DNA from: Eledone cirrhosa
Lineage: Eukaryota
NCBI GenBank assembly: GCA_964016885.1
Contig: OZ024754.1
Coordinates: 25,110,001-25,174,000, forward strand
Direction of reading: 5' to 3'
DNA length: 64,000 bases
In this document: piece after piece, positions 30,511-43,868 of the stretch
Numbering within the stretch: the stretch's first letter is position 1
Layout: the number at the start of each line of letters is the position of its first letter
Notes under the pieces: model-generated
What the model was told of the DNA's origin: nothing
Databases searched by the model: none
Seen by the model: only the letters and a program-made list of their open reading frames with translations
Position numbers and translations under genes: made by a program

Positions 30511-30754
30511 GGCTATTACAGGCACCATTATAGAGCTGTGAGGTAGGGTGGAAACATACTAGATTGTGTGGCTAAGCAAGTGCACAAAGTTGACCGAAAT
30601 TTTGTTGGACATTATTGTGTACCATATACATTGCTGATTATGAAAACCCACAGAACAGAAACCAAGTTGGTTCCAAGTTGCGTAGGTAACCTCACAGTCT
30701 CTGAACTTATATTATATTATATAATATTATACATTATATAATATTATATTATAG

Positions 30755-31050
30755 CCATTCTGAGTTCAAATCCCGCCGAGGTCAACTTTGCCTCTCATCC
30801 TTACGGGGTCGATAAAATAAAGTACCAGTAATGCACTAGGTAATTGCTGGCCTTGTGCCAAAAGTAGAAACAATTATATTATAGTATAGTATACTATATA
30901 TTCTATCATAGTATAAGGCGGCGAATGTCGGATCGAATGCTTTATGGTATTTGTTCCTGCTCTCTGAGTTCAAATCCTGCCGAGGTCAACTTTGCCTTTC
31001 ATCCTTTCGAGGTCGATAAAAAAGTAGCAGTCTAGTATTGGGGTAGATTA
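30755..31050 (+). mobile_element. Two copies of an abundant tRNA-derived SINE (others at ~27217-27320, 27460-27570, 33640-33840, 40556-40631, 41095-41200, 42258-42408, 44818-44885, 45762-45950)
   Basis: B-box gagttcaaatcc followed by the core cgccgaggtcaactttgcctttcatccttacggggtcgataaaataaagtaccag and tail ggccttgtgccaaaagtagaaacaatt. Confidence 0.85.
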
Positions 31051-34000
31051 TTCTTCTATATCCCTTTCTCATTTGCACTCTCTCACTTTCTATCTTTCTC
31101 TGGAAGAAATCTGCTGTACTCAAGTCTGGAGAGGGATGCGCTCCGCCAGGCTTAAGATATCCAAGAAATGCTGTATGTCAATATCGCACCCCTACGATTC
31201 TATTGGGAATTACATGACCATACATACAATGTTGTAGTCCATTATATTATATTATATGATTTATAAAGCATATGCTCAAAATCATCTATACTGACACGCA
31301 GTATTGTATAAATTTAAGATGACATTGTAGTAATATTACATTATTCAAATACATTTTTAATTTTTGACACATGTTAAACCTCATTGAATACCATTTAGGT
31401 TAGATTTTTTTTTAAGCCTACATTTTTTTCATTTTCTGATATCAAAATTGAAATAATTTTCTTACCTCTCTGGTATAAATTTACGGGGTTCAGGCCAGTA
31501 TTTAGGGTCATGATGAAGAACGTAAATGGATACGATAACAGCTGTGTCTTTAGGAATTATCCAGCCATTTATTTCAACAGTTTCTTTGGTATCTCTGAGG
31601 ACTCTTCATGAAAACATAACATTGAAAATGTTTAATTATTTAGAGCAATTAATATAGAAGTATAATTATCTATATATATAAAACTGAGGATGTGCGTGTG
31701 TGTGTGTGTGAGAGTTTGAATCCCTAAAACTCGAGAAGCACCCAACTGATTTTTTTTCAAATTTTACATGTGTATTACTTATGTTTTTTAAAATTCAACT
31801 TTTCGATCCCCTAGGACCTGCATTAGGTGAAAAACTGCATTTTTTTCAGATTTTTAGGGGTTTTTTTTAGGCATTACGTCAAACCGATTTCCTTGAAATT
31901 GTAACTATGTATTAGTCAGTCTCTTCTTCATACCGTGAGTAAAGAAAATCCAACTTTTTTATGGCTTAGGGCCCGCATTAGAGCTTTTTTGAAGCGTTAC
32001 GTCTAGCCGATTTTCTCGAAATTTCAAGGCATATTATGCACATAAAGAAAATTCATTTTCTTGATCCCCCTAGGGCCCGCATTAGGTAAAAACCTGCATT
32101 TTTCCTGCTTCATCGAGGAAAATCTTAAAGATTATCCAGCCATCAGAGAATTCGGTTTATTTTCTTTACATATTGTCCAGGCATGCAGTTTTTCCACGAT
32201 TAGGTCTGATGGCGGCCCGCGTTCCAAAATACCTGAATATAGTACTGAATATAGATGAAAACTTACTCATCAAAGTTGATAAAAACTGTTCCAGTAAATT
32301 CCTGGAATAGATATAACTAGCTAGGTGTTTGAAGGTAATATGACCAGCATGATTGTTGCTGGTCCTCCGTCTGTTCTGATAATGAGTGTTTCAGTTGTTT
32401 CACCAATGAACTATGGTACTATGACTTAATGAAAATAACCCCAGAACAACTGAAACACTCACTGTTGAAACCAACGGAGGTCCAACAGAAGCCATTCTAG
32501 GTTTATCTCTTTATAAGGAACAATATTTAAATGTTGTGACAATACCTGAGTGATGGAGGATACATCCTAAGTACTTCAGACATACACTGATCTAAATATT
32601 GCAGTTTATTTAAAGTTTCATAGATGGGGGTCTCCTGTAAATACAGAAATAGTAGATTCTACATATACTGAGATGATGATGACAAAGATGAAGATGATGA
32701 TAATGAAGAGGGGGAGGTAGAGGGAGAAGGTGATGATGAGGAGGAGGGGGAGTATTCTAATTTATTATAATGTAAAAGCTAATGTAACTCACGTCACCAA
32801 CAACTTCCATCACTTCTTCATATACCTTTTGCTGAATTTCAGGTTGAGTAGCAAGGATATAAGAAAAGAACGACAAGGTATTTGACGTTGTTAAATGTGC
32901 AGCAAACAAAAACAACACCACCTGGGCAATCATTTCATCATTTGTGAGACCTGAGGTTAGAAAAATGGAAACGATGATGAAATATACCCCTGCTGAGAAT
33001 ACAACATTGCCATACAAAGGATTGGGAGGATTCTTTAGGTATGTTAAGGGCTTGACAACCTCCTTTCTGGTGTTGATACACCCAGTACACTGTTTTAAAT
33101 GGTTGGCGATATGAAGGGTATCTAACCAAACAAAACATCAAGACTGTTCTATTGTATTAAAGACATGGCAACCTCCCTACTGCTAGTGTCACAAGAAATT
33201 ACACCTAGTGAACTGAACAATGCTGGAACGTATGTATGACTCTTGGCTCATTTGAATGATCAGTTGCACTGATTAACTACTTACTTGATCTCTGATCACC
33301 CACCCAACCCTTGCTAGAAGGGGAAACGTATGTTAAATGATGATGATGATGTGTATGTATAGGTATGTATGTATACATGTGAGTCTGTGTCTGCGAATGT
33401 GTGTACATTTACTGTTTGTATGTTCCGTACCCTACAGGATCAACAAAATACTTTTCAAACTTGAAAAAAAAGAAGGACTGGGTTAATATTATCGACTAAA
33501 TCCCTTTAATATGATGCTGCAGTATGACCACAGTTTAATGACTAAAACCAATAAGAAAAAGAAAAAAAAAAGGAAAAAGAACATTACATTTATAAGTAAT
33601 ATGTACATTTTGTGTTACTTTCTAATATTATGAGTATTATTGGATTGAAAGTATTGGTAGAGCGTCGGACAACATGATATGTGACAGTTACGGTCCTTTA
33701 TGATCTGAGTTCAAATCCTGTCTTTCATCCTTACGAGGTTGTTATAATATAGTACCAGTAACACACAGGGGTCAATTTAATCGACTCTGCCCTCCCCCCA
33801 AAAGATTGTTGCCCTTGTATCTAAATCAGAAACCATTATTAAAATTAATGTACCTCTTTTTGTCCTCCAATCTTTTAAGTTCTTATATTTACGTTCTTTA
33901 TGAGCACCATTTTACACAAATTCAAATTATTTTCAGGACAATGAAATCTAGAATGCTCGATAATATAAAATATAAAGTAGATATTTCATACCGTGTTATT

Positions 34001-34410
34001 TTTTATTCGACTTTCTACAATTGCTCTGGCAAACTCAGATATTTCTCTCATCGTTTTGTCAAAGTTGCTTTCGATTCCAAAAAACCCCCATAACTTTTAG
34101 AATTGGTGGAAAAGTTGCTGAAACAAAACATATATATATATATATAAAAACACACACACACATATCTATCTTTCTTGCCAGCAAGCTATGTAGAAATATG
34201 ACAGTTGATCAATTATCGTCAAATCTGACAGTGAAATAAAGTGTCTTACTTAAGGACATAACACATCACTCGGTCTGGGAATTGAACTCCCAATCTCACG
34301 ATTGCGAATCCAATTCTCTAACCACTCAGCCACATGCCTTCACAAAATATATATACATACACACACACACATATATACACATATACATATACATATATAT
34401 ATATATATAT

Positions 34411-35395
34411 ACTAACAGCAGTACCCAGCGTTGCCTGGGTAGGTAAAATAATATCTGCTTTGATGAAAAAGTGTTAATCTTAGCAACTGCTTCTCGATGA
34501 CTCATCTATGGCCACACACAAGCCATGCGGGGGAGGGTGGTGATGACCTCTATCACTGAGAAACGCGGGTGACTGACGAAGGGGCATGCTGGGGGAGGGA
34601 GGTAATGACCTCTAACACTTAGCCAAATTTCCTCCCGCTACTTGATTGGAAACCGATGAATTCCCAAATACACAACTAAAGGTTCAGACGACGTCAGTGG
34701 CCATCGTTTTGCCTTTGACCATCTATAAGATGTGCAATGATAGGTTCTATCGTAGTATAAAAGTTGAACCAAATAAATTGATTTATGTGTGAGGTGGAGC
34801 CGAAGTTTCGAATTTGAACGAAATCGGTTGAGAACTGTGGAAGCTAGAGCCGAAAAGGCGGAAATTTGAGCGAAAATGTGGTATTTTCGAATATTTAAGC
34901 GGTTGCCACGCCGTTCCTGAACAAAAAATCTAAAATGTAAAGCCACTTTAAGACGTGAAATTATCAGATCTAGCGTAGTGTAAAATTTGAACAAAGTCGG
35001 TTGATTAATGTGGGAGCTAGAGCCGAAAAAGTGGAAATTTGAGTCTAAAAGTGGTATTTTTTAATATTTAAGCGGCTGCTACGCCGTCCCTGAACAACAA
35101 ATGCAATGATAAATTCTATTTTGCTTTAAAATTTGAACGAAATCGGTGGCAAAATGTGGGAGCTAGAGCCAAAAATCTTATATTTCGATACCTAAAAAAA
35201 GGTGACCCTCCCTATTGATTTTTATCTGCAGAATGACCCCGGAATAAAAAAACGATATGCTGATATATAGAAAACCCTTCCCGATGACTAATCTATGAGC
35301 CTGTAAAGTTTCATGAAAATCGGTCGTAAGATGTAGGCCCCTATAGGTAATACACAGACACACAGACACACACACACATACTTAATTTTATATAT
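34411..35395 (+). mobile_element. Non-autonomous Helitron/Helentron-like element with internal ~130-bp repeats (related ends at ~61605-62320; partial inverted relative at ~31670-32130)
   Basis: 5' actaacagcagtacccagcgttgcctggg hairpin, internal tandem repeats, 3' (CA)/(CAGA) microsatellite then ttttatatatatag. Family assignment is inference. Confidence 0.5.
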
Positions 35396-36034
35396 ATAGA
35401 TATATAGAGATAGATAATATACATATACATATACATATATAAAAGAGAGGGAGAGAAAGTATTACGTAAAACTAGACAAGAAGAGATGAAATTTGAAGAA
35501 AGATTTATTACATTATATTCCTTAACACGTGTTTCTCTACTGTTACACAATCACATAAGAGTGCTGAATCAGAACATTCTTTCCATTATTAACTCACATA
35601 GTGTCCGAGTAGGCTGTTTATTTCACCATATTTAATCCATACAAATTCGAATTCACAAACATAAAGGGAAACTTCTTTATCTTCGAGAAGTCGATATGTA
35701 AAACTGTTGATGTAGAATATTGGAATTTTCCGAAAACATACATCAGATTAGCGGTTCTAGATGTGCTGACTTACATACCAATGAAACACGTGTCAGTTAC
35801 ATAATAAATATTAATCCTTCAATTGTGAAATTGGTGTATTCATGTGATTTATTAATTTCAATATAAATACTCCAAGAATGACCTTCATGGTACCTATGGT
35901 TGATTACCATGGGAAAACTATGAAAAGTGATTCATATGTTGAATCAAAACCCACTGTATATTGACACAGTCTTCGATTTCAAGTTAGACAAATTCAAATA
36001 ACGGAAACCAATCACTACTATAATCTCTCTCTTT

Positions 36035-36103
<69 letters not shown>

Positions 36104-36179
36104 CAAATATACATTCATACATATATACATACATTCATACATACATACATACATTCATACATATAGATAAAGAAAGTAG

Positions 36180-36914
36180 TCTATCTTGGACCAACAACTG
36201 CTATATTGGCTCCCACTTTGAAGGATATGCTTTTGCAATCCAAGAACAGGAAATCAACATGAAATACCTGATTCACAAAAGAGATAGGGATGCAGGCAAA
36301 ACACCTAGATGTGATAACAAGTGCAGACTCTGCAGAATTAACATCGAAGATGTCACCCATGTCATAAGCAGCTGTCTAAAGATGTCATCGCGGTACTATC
36401 TACCTATGAGGCATGATGTAGTGGCCTAAACACTGTACAATGCAATCCATAGAAAAGATAGCCCTGATAATAAACACATTAAACGCTACAGCAATGTGGA
36501 AGACATACATATACATAATATGAAAGAATACTGGTGGAATGTTCCAGTAAAAGCCGAATAAAATGCAGGCATAACAGACCAGATATAATGATATGGGACA
36601 GGGAAAAGAAGGCATGCACAGTAGTGGAAGTTATCTGCCCAGCAGATGGCAATATAATATCAAAGATTAGCGAAAAGGAGAATATTTATGCAGAACTGAT
36701 GAGAAATCTTCAGATACTCCACCCTGATTATACCTTCAGATTTATGCCTGTGATTATTGGGGCACTGGGGTATGTTAGTAACTGCCTCAATACAAATCTT
36801 AAGAAGCTGGGCTTCACAGGAACAGAAAGAACACAACTATTTAGGAAATTACAAGTACAATCCAATGGAACAGTAAAAATATGTAAAACATCCCAAATAT
36901 TTTGCATCAAATAA
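36180..36914 (+). mobile_element. 3' fragment of a non-LTR retrotransposon with restriction-like endonuclease (R4/NeSL-type)
   Basis: FAIQEQEI...[18 protein letters not shown] (CCHC), RHDVVA and HNRPDIMIWD...VVEV..P, with stops and frameshifts. Confidence 0.85.
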
Positions 36915-37139
36915 CTGCATATATACACATGTACAGATACGAAGCATATATACATGCACACATACAACTCAAAACATCCACATCCACACATACAATAACA
37001 TCCATACCTACACATGCTTGCATGCAGACATATCTACCTAGTTGATGTTGTGTAAATTCCAATGAGAGAGTCTTGTAACTATGTTAGAAACTGATTCTCT
37101 CTCTATTGGCAAACCAGAAGAACATATCATCATCATCAT

Positions 37140-37670
37140 TATTCGTCGACTACTGTCGAGATGATGGATCTCACTCTCATGCCCCAGAATTCCCTGTCCC
37201 CCATCGCTGCCCCCAGGTCCCGTCTACTGATTCCTGTATCCCTAGAGATAACGTCAGGGAATGACAGCTTCCAGTCAGGCTGGAGTCAGGGTTCCAGAGC
37301 AAGAGAGCGGATATGATTTCATTGCTGGCACGGTGACAGTGGCCAACAAATTGAGCCCTCCGGGATTTTAGAAGGGCAGAGGCTCGAGGGAGTTTGCCAT
37401 AGATTTTAGGGATGTCGTTTCCAGGATAGGTTTTGCACTCTCATTAAGAGGCGGGTATATGTGCCATCCAATCTCCTCTCAAGTTGTGATGTTAGTGTCC
37501 AAGTTTCATATCCATAAAGTAATATGGGCTTAATGGTTGCTTGGAATATTTCCAGTTTTAGCTTGTTGGTAAGTTGAGATGTCCATATGGCGTGCATGTC
37601 ATTGCACGCTGACCATGCCATACCCTTCCTGGTTAGAAAATCTTTTTTGATACTTGTAATCTTCCACCTG
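37140..37670 (-). mobile_element. RTE-type LINE 3' fragment with (GAT)n tail
   Basis: AWSAC..KLKLEIFQATIKPILLYGYETWTL..RLDGTYTRLLMR...FVGHCHR...MGDREFW; followed on the minus strand by gatgatgat. Confidence 0.85.
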
Positions 37671-38145
37671 CTTAAGAAGAACATATACATACATTCATAC
37701 ATATATATATATATACATACATATATATATATAGCGACAGTCGATCGACTTTCGTCAAATCAGACAGAGGAAACAATGATTCCATTGGTCTTTCCAATTG
37801 CTAATACTATCTATCGGTCACAACTCCAGCTAGAAGGAGTAACATTAAATAAAGTGTCTTGCTCAAGGACATAATGCATCACCCAGACCGGGAATCGAAC
37901 TCACAACCATACGATTTTGAATCCAATTCTCTAACCACTCAGCCACGTGCCTTCACAATATATATATACATATATATATATATACACATTCATACATATA
38001 CACACATACATACATGCTTACATACATACACACATGCTTACATACATACACACATACATACTAACATACATAATATACTAACCAAGAAATATCTGCAGCA
38101 CCAGTTTGTCCTCTATCAAAGGTAGTTTTGAAGTTGATGAAGTTA

Positions 38146-39035
38146 TAACTTCATCAACTTCAAAACTACCTTTGACAGTGTTTGGCACGAGTGTTTGTGG
38201 CGAGTGATGAAGTATTATAACTTCAATAGCCACCTCATCCAAGTAATTCAAACTTTGTATGAAAACTCAGCAGTTTTCCTGAATAACAATATTGGAGAAC
38301 TATTTAAGAGGACTGGATGTTCAACAAGGATGTCTCTTTTCTCCAGTGCTTTTCAACATCCTACTAGAAAACATCATGCAAGAGACACTCTATGACTTCC
38401 ATGCGTCTGTTTCAATTGAGGGACAGCCCATTTCCATCCAGCACGTTTTGGTGATATTAAACTGTTATGAAGTTGTGAAGTAGAACTCCGGGAGATCACT
38501 ACCGGACTGGGAAAAGTATCAGGAGCATACGGAATGAAGATCAGCCCAGAAATGAGTAATATTCAGGTTAAGAGTAATAATTAGAATATAACAACTAACA
38601 TCATGCTGTACAGAGGAAGACTTGAAGATGTGGACACCTTCAGGTATCTAGGGTCCACTCTGACCAAGGACATCAGATATCAAAATGAGATAATGACAAG
38701 ACTTGGCCTCTTCTCGATGGGGGTGAGAGCTGGACTCTTACAGCTGACAAAGAACAAGGAATCCCGGTATTCAAACACAAGTGCTTTAGACAGCTGCTAG
38801 ACACACCATACACAGAACACAAAACAAACAGCTTTGACAAGCAGCAAGCCAATAAATATACTGACAGTCAGGAACCACTCTCACCATGTATCTCACAATA
38901 ACTCCTGTCTAAAGCCATGTATCTCACCATGGCTCCTTGTCTAAAGCCATTCTTCAGAGTCAAGGGAGGGTGAAGAAAAGGCAGCTAAAGAAATTCCTGG
39001 TCCAACAACATCAAAGACAGAACTGATCACAACAG
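38146..39035 (+). mobile_element. Degenerate RTE-type LINE reverse transcriptase fragment
   Basis: FKTTFDSVWHECLW, QQGCLFSPVLFNILLE and LEDVDTFRYLGSTLT motifs; internal deletions. Confidence 0.8.
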
Positions 39036-39357
39036 GCATGACAGAATTGAAGTCACGCGCGTGCGTGCGTGCGTGCGTGCGTGCGTGTGTGCGTGTGTGT
39101 GTGTGTGTGTGATTATTACTAATAATGTTAATTCTAAGACATCACTTATCAGACTAAATTGGGTCAATAAAATTGACTTGAAAAAATCTCTCAAAACTCC
39201 TTATAATCTTTTGTTCGGGATTCTTTTGAGAATTTACTTCAACACCGAATCAACTGTGTAGTTTGAAAAGACACTGAATATAAAGTAGAGAAACAAAAAT
39301 TCATTAAATACACACACACAGATGTGTATATATATATCTATCTATCTATCTATCTAT

Positions 39358-39887
39358 TGTGGCGCCGATTAAATTGACCGCCGAGTCCGTGATGACAATC
39401 AAACCGCCTCCCCTCTTCACAAAGGAAGCAAAGGCGCTTTTTCTGTGCGTAATAGCCATGTTGAAAGAGGTTGTTTGGTGGACACGATTGAAAGGTCTGA
39501 GGTCAGGCAACTTCCTCTCTGGCCATAGTCTGGTCTACTTCTTCCGATATCACTTCGGAAGAAGGATAAGAATGGAGAGAGAGGTGCTTGGCCACAGGCA
39601 GTTTTATGAAAGGTGGGTGATAGTGGCGAGAATGGCTCGTGTAAATGGGCTTTCTCTGTATACCATCCTGTAGGTAAAGAAGTAAAGGAGAGGGGAGCAC
39701 CTTCTCCATGTGCTCCCCGGGCAAAGGATTGCACACTTTTTCGGGGGTGTGTGCAACCCCCATCACGTCCCCTCCCTTTTGAGGTTATTTTCAATTATTT
39801 TCATGTTACACCCTTTTTACTCGATTATATGTAAACTCCCCCTTTGTATTTGTCCCTTCTTTTTATGCCTTTATGGTAAATAAAGAA

Positions 39888-39888
<1 letters not shown>
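39358..39888 (+). mobile_element. 5'-truncated L1/Tx1-like LINE 3' end inserted in a (TATC)n tract
   Basis: ORF LKEVVWWTR...FYERW resembles the L1/Tx1 ORF2 C-terminus; AATAAA near the 3' end; (TATC)n on both sides. Confidence 0.55.
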
Positions 39889-39926
<38 letters not shown>

Positions 39927-39929
39927 CAT

Positions 39930-40350
39930 CATCCATCATCCTCATCCTCGTCATCATCATCACCGTTTTACGTCCGTTCTTCCACGCTAGCATGGGTTAG
40001 ACGGGTTGTTCTATTGTGGGCAGTGTCTGGTCGGTTGACCATGCCTTGCTCATACAGGAACTGATTTGGCTTGATTTCTACAGCTGGATGCCCTTCCTAA
40101 CACCAACCTCATTTACAGTGAGTGCTGGGTGCTTTTTCGTGGCGCCTACACGTACACTTTACAGTGTGGGCTGGGTGCTTTTTTGCCGTGGCACCTCCAC
40201 GACCACCTTGCAGTGGGCGGTGTGGGGGAATATTGTCTATATGCTTCAGCTTGTACCCATGGGAGGTCGGGTACTCTGTATTACTGCGTGACGCCAGAGG
40301 TCACGGTCGTATGTCATCGCTTTTGAGAGGTGTAATTGGGTAAGGTCGGG
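39930..40350 (-). mobile_element. Interspersed SINE-like repeat with (GAT)n tail (related copies at ~42800-43186, 33000-33350, 46240-46580)
   Basis: Shared gctggatgcccttcctaacaccaacc core and GAT-repeat tail. Confidence 0.6.
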
Positions 40351-40415
40351 TATATATATATATATATATATATAGGGTTTCTATATATAGTTTAGGGATT
40401 CCATCATTAAGTTAA

Positions 40416-40498
40416 CAGAAGTCTGATGAGCTTTTGATTCCAGAGTTAGGCCCGATCAAACCTTGAGCTGATCAATCGCAAAACACGTGTCACCCCTG
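40416..40498 (+). ncRNA. Degenerate (fossil) type I hammerhead ribozyme of a second family
   Basis: CUGAUGA at 40423-40429; stem II GC..UUGAUU/GAUCAA..GC; AAAA in place of GAAA; palindromic CACGUG stem III; GUC; partial stem I CAGaaGU/ACccCUG. Confidence 0.55.
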
Positions 40499-40669
40499 AA
40501 TAAACTTACTGAAAATTTGACTCCTCGTCGACACTTATTAATTATATATATATAATTGTTTCTACTTTAGGCACAAGGCCAGCAATTACCCATTGCATTA
40601 CTGGTACTTTATTTTATCGACCCCGTAAGGATAAAATAAAATAAATTATATATATATAATTAAGAGACG

Positions 40670-40830
40670 AAAATTGTGCCATTTGCTGCAGTACTCCGAA
40701 TGCTTCTGACGGAGTTTTCCCCAGCCGGACCAAAAACTTCAGTTTTGTTTGTTGCTCTGTGCCCATCACTGTTAACAAAAGCACATTAAAAAAATACAAT
40801 GGCTGCAGAGAGCTGAGATTGCACATGGAT
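40670..40830 (-). mobile_element. Mariner transposase N-terminal fragment
   Basis: MGTEQQTKLKFLVRLGKTPSEAFGVLQQ resembles the mariner N-terminal HTH. Confidence 0.7.
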
Positions 40831-40982
40831 ATTACATCACATGATATTATATCCCTGGATATTACATCTACTGTGAATCAACCCACTAATCCCTACCCTA
40901 CTCATAGCTCACACAGCACACTAAGTCCTTTTCTGGTAACAAATATAGTTGTCCTTGTTTTTCATCTTCTCCCTACTTTTTG

Positions 40983-41017
<35 letters not shown>

Positions 41018-41705
41018 CTGTCATGATAGATACCTCTCCTAATATGTCATGGCTTACCAGCTCTGTACAGAGGTTTAAATTGATTAAATATATAACTGTT
41101 TCTACTTTTGGCACAAGGCCAGCAATTACCCAGTACATTACTGGTACTTTATTTTATCGACCTCGTAAGGATGAAAGGCAAAGTTAACCTCAGCGGGATT
41201 GATTAAATATATAACACAAAGAAATCAGTGCATATAAAACTACTCACCTTTTCATTTCAATATCTTTGCATTTGTCAGCATACAAAGAGAAATTTTCTCT
41301 CAGATTTTGAGCTGCTTTATTCATAAGTTCCATCACCTGAAATTATTTCAAATTCCAAAATTGTTTTTATTACTCTTTCTTTGTGAGCTGTATTGCTGTA
41401 AATGTTAAGGAGAGGTGATTTCCTCACAATTCTTGATAGAAAATTTGACCATGGCAAAATTTGAATTCAGAAAGCACAGGGAACAGGAATGAATACTGCA
41501 AAGCATTCTATCAGGTGTTATTCACCACACACCTGAATGTATAAAATTATCTAATGAGTGGCTTGTAACTAGCTTTTTCAAGAAAGAATAAATAATATCT
41601 AATTTTATTAACATCCTCTTTTTAAAGCTATGATAAGATAAAGAGCAACAAAGCAATATAAGGCAAACTCAAACTTACTTGCTTAAAATGCCTGGTACTA
41701 AATAA

Positions 41706-41891
41706 TTGTTTCTATTTTTGTCACAACGCTAGCAATTACCCAGTGCATTACTGGTTCTTGATTTTAATGACCCCGTAAGGATGAAAGGCAAAGTTAACCT
41801 CGGCGGGATTTGAACTCAGACCATAAAGGGGTGTAACTATGCTGGAAGGCATGGCGTCCGACCCTCTTCCGATACTGCCAATTCACCCGCC
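41706..41891 (-). mobile_element. Full-length tRNA-derived SINE inserted in CYP exon 5, with a 13-bp target-site duplication
   Basis: TSD tggtactaaataa (41693-41705) / tagtaccaaataa (41892-41904); the uninterrupted exon is at 62755-62871. Confidence 0.9.
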
Positions 41892-42720
41892 TAGTACCAA
41901 ATAATGGCATTATGGTATGGGTAAATTTCCAATGATAGTCCTTGAGAAAAATTAGGAATTTATCACTAACTTCGTTTGGTGGTACTGCATCCTTTTAAAT
42001 ATAGAGAATAACTTATTAAACGTTTCTATGAAATCTATTACATCTGACTATATATCGTTAGTAAACTGTATTGAGATGAGTACAATCTATGGATTTGACA
42101 TCGGAATAAAACATTTATCTGTAACTTATATCAGATCTCATGAAAATGAAAATAGAGAGAGAAGAAGATCAAAGTGTAGAAGGTATTGTTTTATGAAAGA
42201 TATGGCAAGATTAAATGAAAGTCCCCCAAAACTTTGGTGAGGATAGCTTATATAATAATTGTTTCTACTTTTGGCACAATGCCAGCAATTACCCCAGTGT
42301 ATTATTGGTACTTCATTTTATCGACCCCGTAAGGATGAAAGGCTAAGTAAACCTCGGCGGGATTTGAACTCAGACAATAAAGGGGCATAACTCTATGCTG
42401 GAAGGCATAAAAACAGCTTTTAATGCTGGTCAGATAGGATCAACAAATTTAAAGAAGTATTCAAGTGATCATGGATTTACTGTCCCTGATAAATGCTAAT
42501 GATTATAAATTTGTACTGCAGGAGTTTGCCTGTGTAAGTCTGTGCAAGATTTATTCCAAAACTCTTGAATCATGTTCAAATGTTTTACTTTTGAACTTTA
42601 TCAACATTATTATTGTTGGTGACGTATCCATTGTCACAGGTCGAAAACAAAACTACAATTGATCACATCTGAAAACAAACATGATGATGGTGTTACAGTG
42701 TTCCTTGTCATATATTTATG

Positions 42721-42784
<64 letters not shown>

Positions 42785-43621
42785 CGTATATTTATGCATA
42801 TCCCCGACTTCCCACGGTTACAAGCTGAAGCTGAAGCATATAGACAGTATTCCCCATAACACCTCCCCCTGTAAACTAGTCGTGTAAGTGTCATGACAAA
42901 AGGCACCCAGTCCACACTATAAAGTGATTGTGTAGGTGTCATGACAAAAAAAACACCCAGTCTACACTGAAAAGTGGTCGTATAGGTGTCAAGGTAAAAA
43001 GTACCCAGTTCTCACTGTAAATGAGGTTGGTGTTAGGAAGGGCATGCAGCTGTAGAAATCAAGCTAGAATCAGTTCTGTGTGAGCAAGAGATGGTCACCT
43101 GACCTGGCATTGCTTACAATAGGACAACAATCCTAACCCATGTTAGCGTGGAAGAATGAATGTAAAACTGATGATGATGATGATGATTGATATATATCAT
43201 ATATTTATGAATATCGTACAATTATATATACATCTATTTATATATATCATATCTGTATGTATGTCATATCTTTATACATGTCTTGTAAACAATTTATATA
43301 TTTGGTGGAGATATATTTGGTCACTCTACACACACAGGATTCCCATTAAATTCATTGAAATTTCTTTATGGATTTGTTGTTAGATATTAGCTAAATCATT
43401 CCTGGTGCAATTTTACTGCAAAGATCAATATTGCATAATTGATGAGTATTTCATTAGTTTTCTCTACAAAGTTCCTGTCCTTCTACTAACATGAACATTA
43501 CAAATTAATAGATTTTCTCCTACAAATGTTGAAATATATCAATTTAGTTGTCTAAAACTTATGGGAAAATAGAAAGTTAAAACCAATTCATGAAGTAGAC
43601 AGGAATACGAAAGTTTATTAA

Positions 43622-43868
43622 TCCTTTAGCATTTAAACCAGCTATATCTGGCCAGAATTACCCCACCTCTTTCTGTTCAAACTGTCTGTAACTGGCCACT
43701 CATAATGATGTTAAGGTATTGTTCTCAGAATAAATAATATCAAAATATCATAGATTCAATATTATGTGAGATAATTATGTGAGGTAAAGCCTTTGACGTG
43801 AAAATATAATAGTAAATATAGATGCTATAATAGTAAATAGATGCTATAGTAATGTAAATGTTAAAGGG
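43622..43868. mobile_element. piggyBac-type MITE with TTAA target site (paralogous copy at 60993-61239; partial copy at ~56143-56309)
   Basis: TTAA-tcctttagcattta ... taaatgttaaaggg-TTAA terminal inverted repeats. Confidence 0.75.

Noticed and set aside
35598-35745. Minus-strand ATG-initiated 49-codon frame ending at gtgagt
   Set aside because: No recognisable homology and not part of the CYP exon set.
35755-35805. gaaacacgtgtc resembling a hammerhead 3' half
   Set aside because: No CUGANGA box or stem II upstream.
37059-37110. Hairpin ccaatgagagag...taac-tat-gtta-gaaa...ctctctattgg 3' of the R4-type element, as a ribozyme
   Set aside because: The CUGANGA core is absent; more likely a 3' UTR stem-loop.
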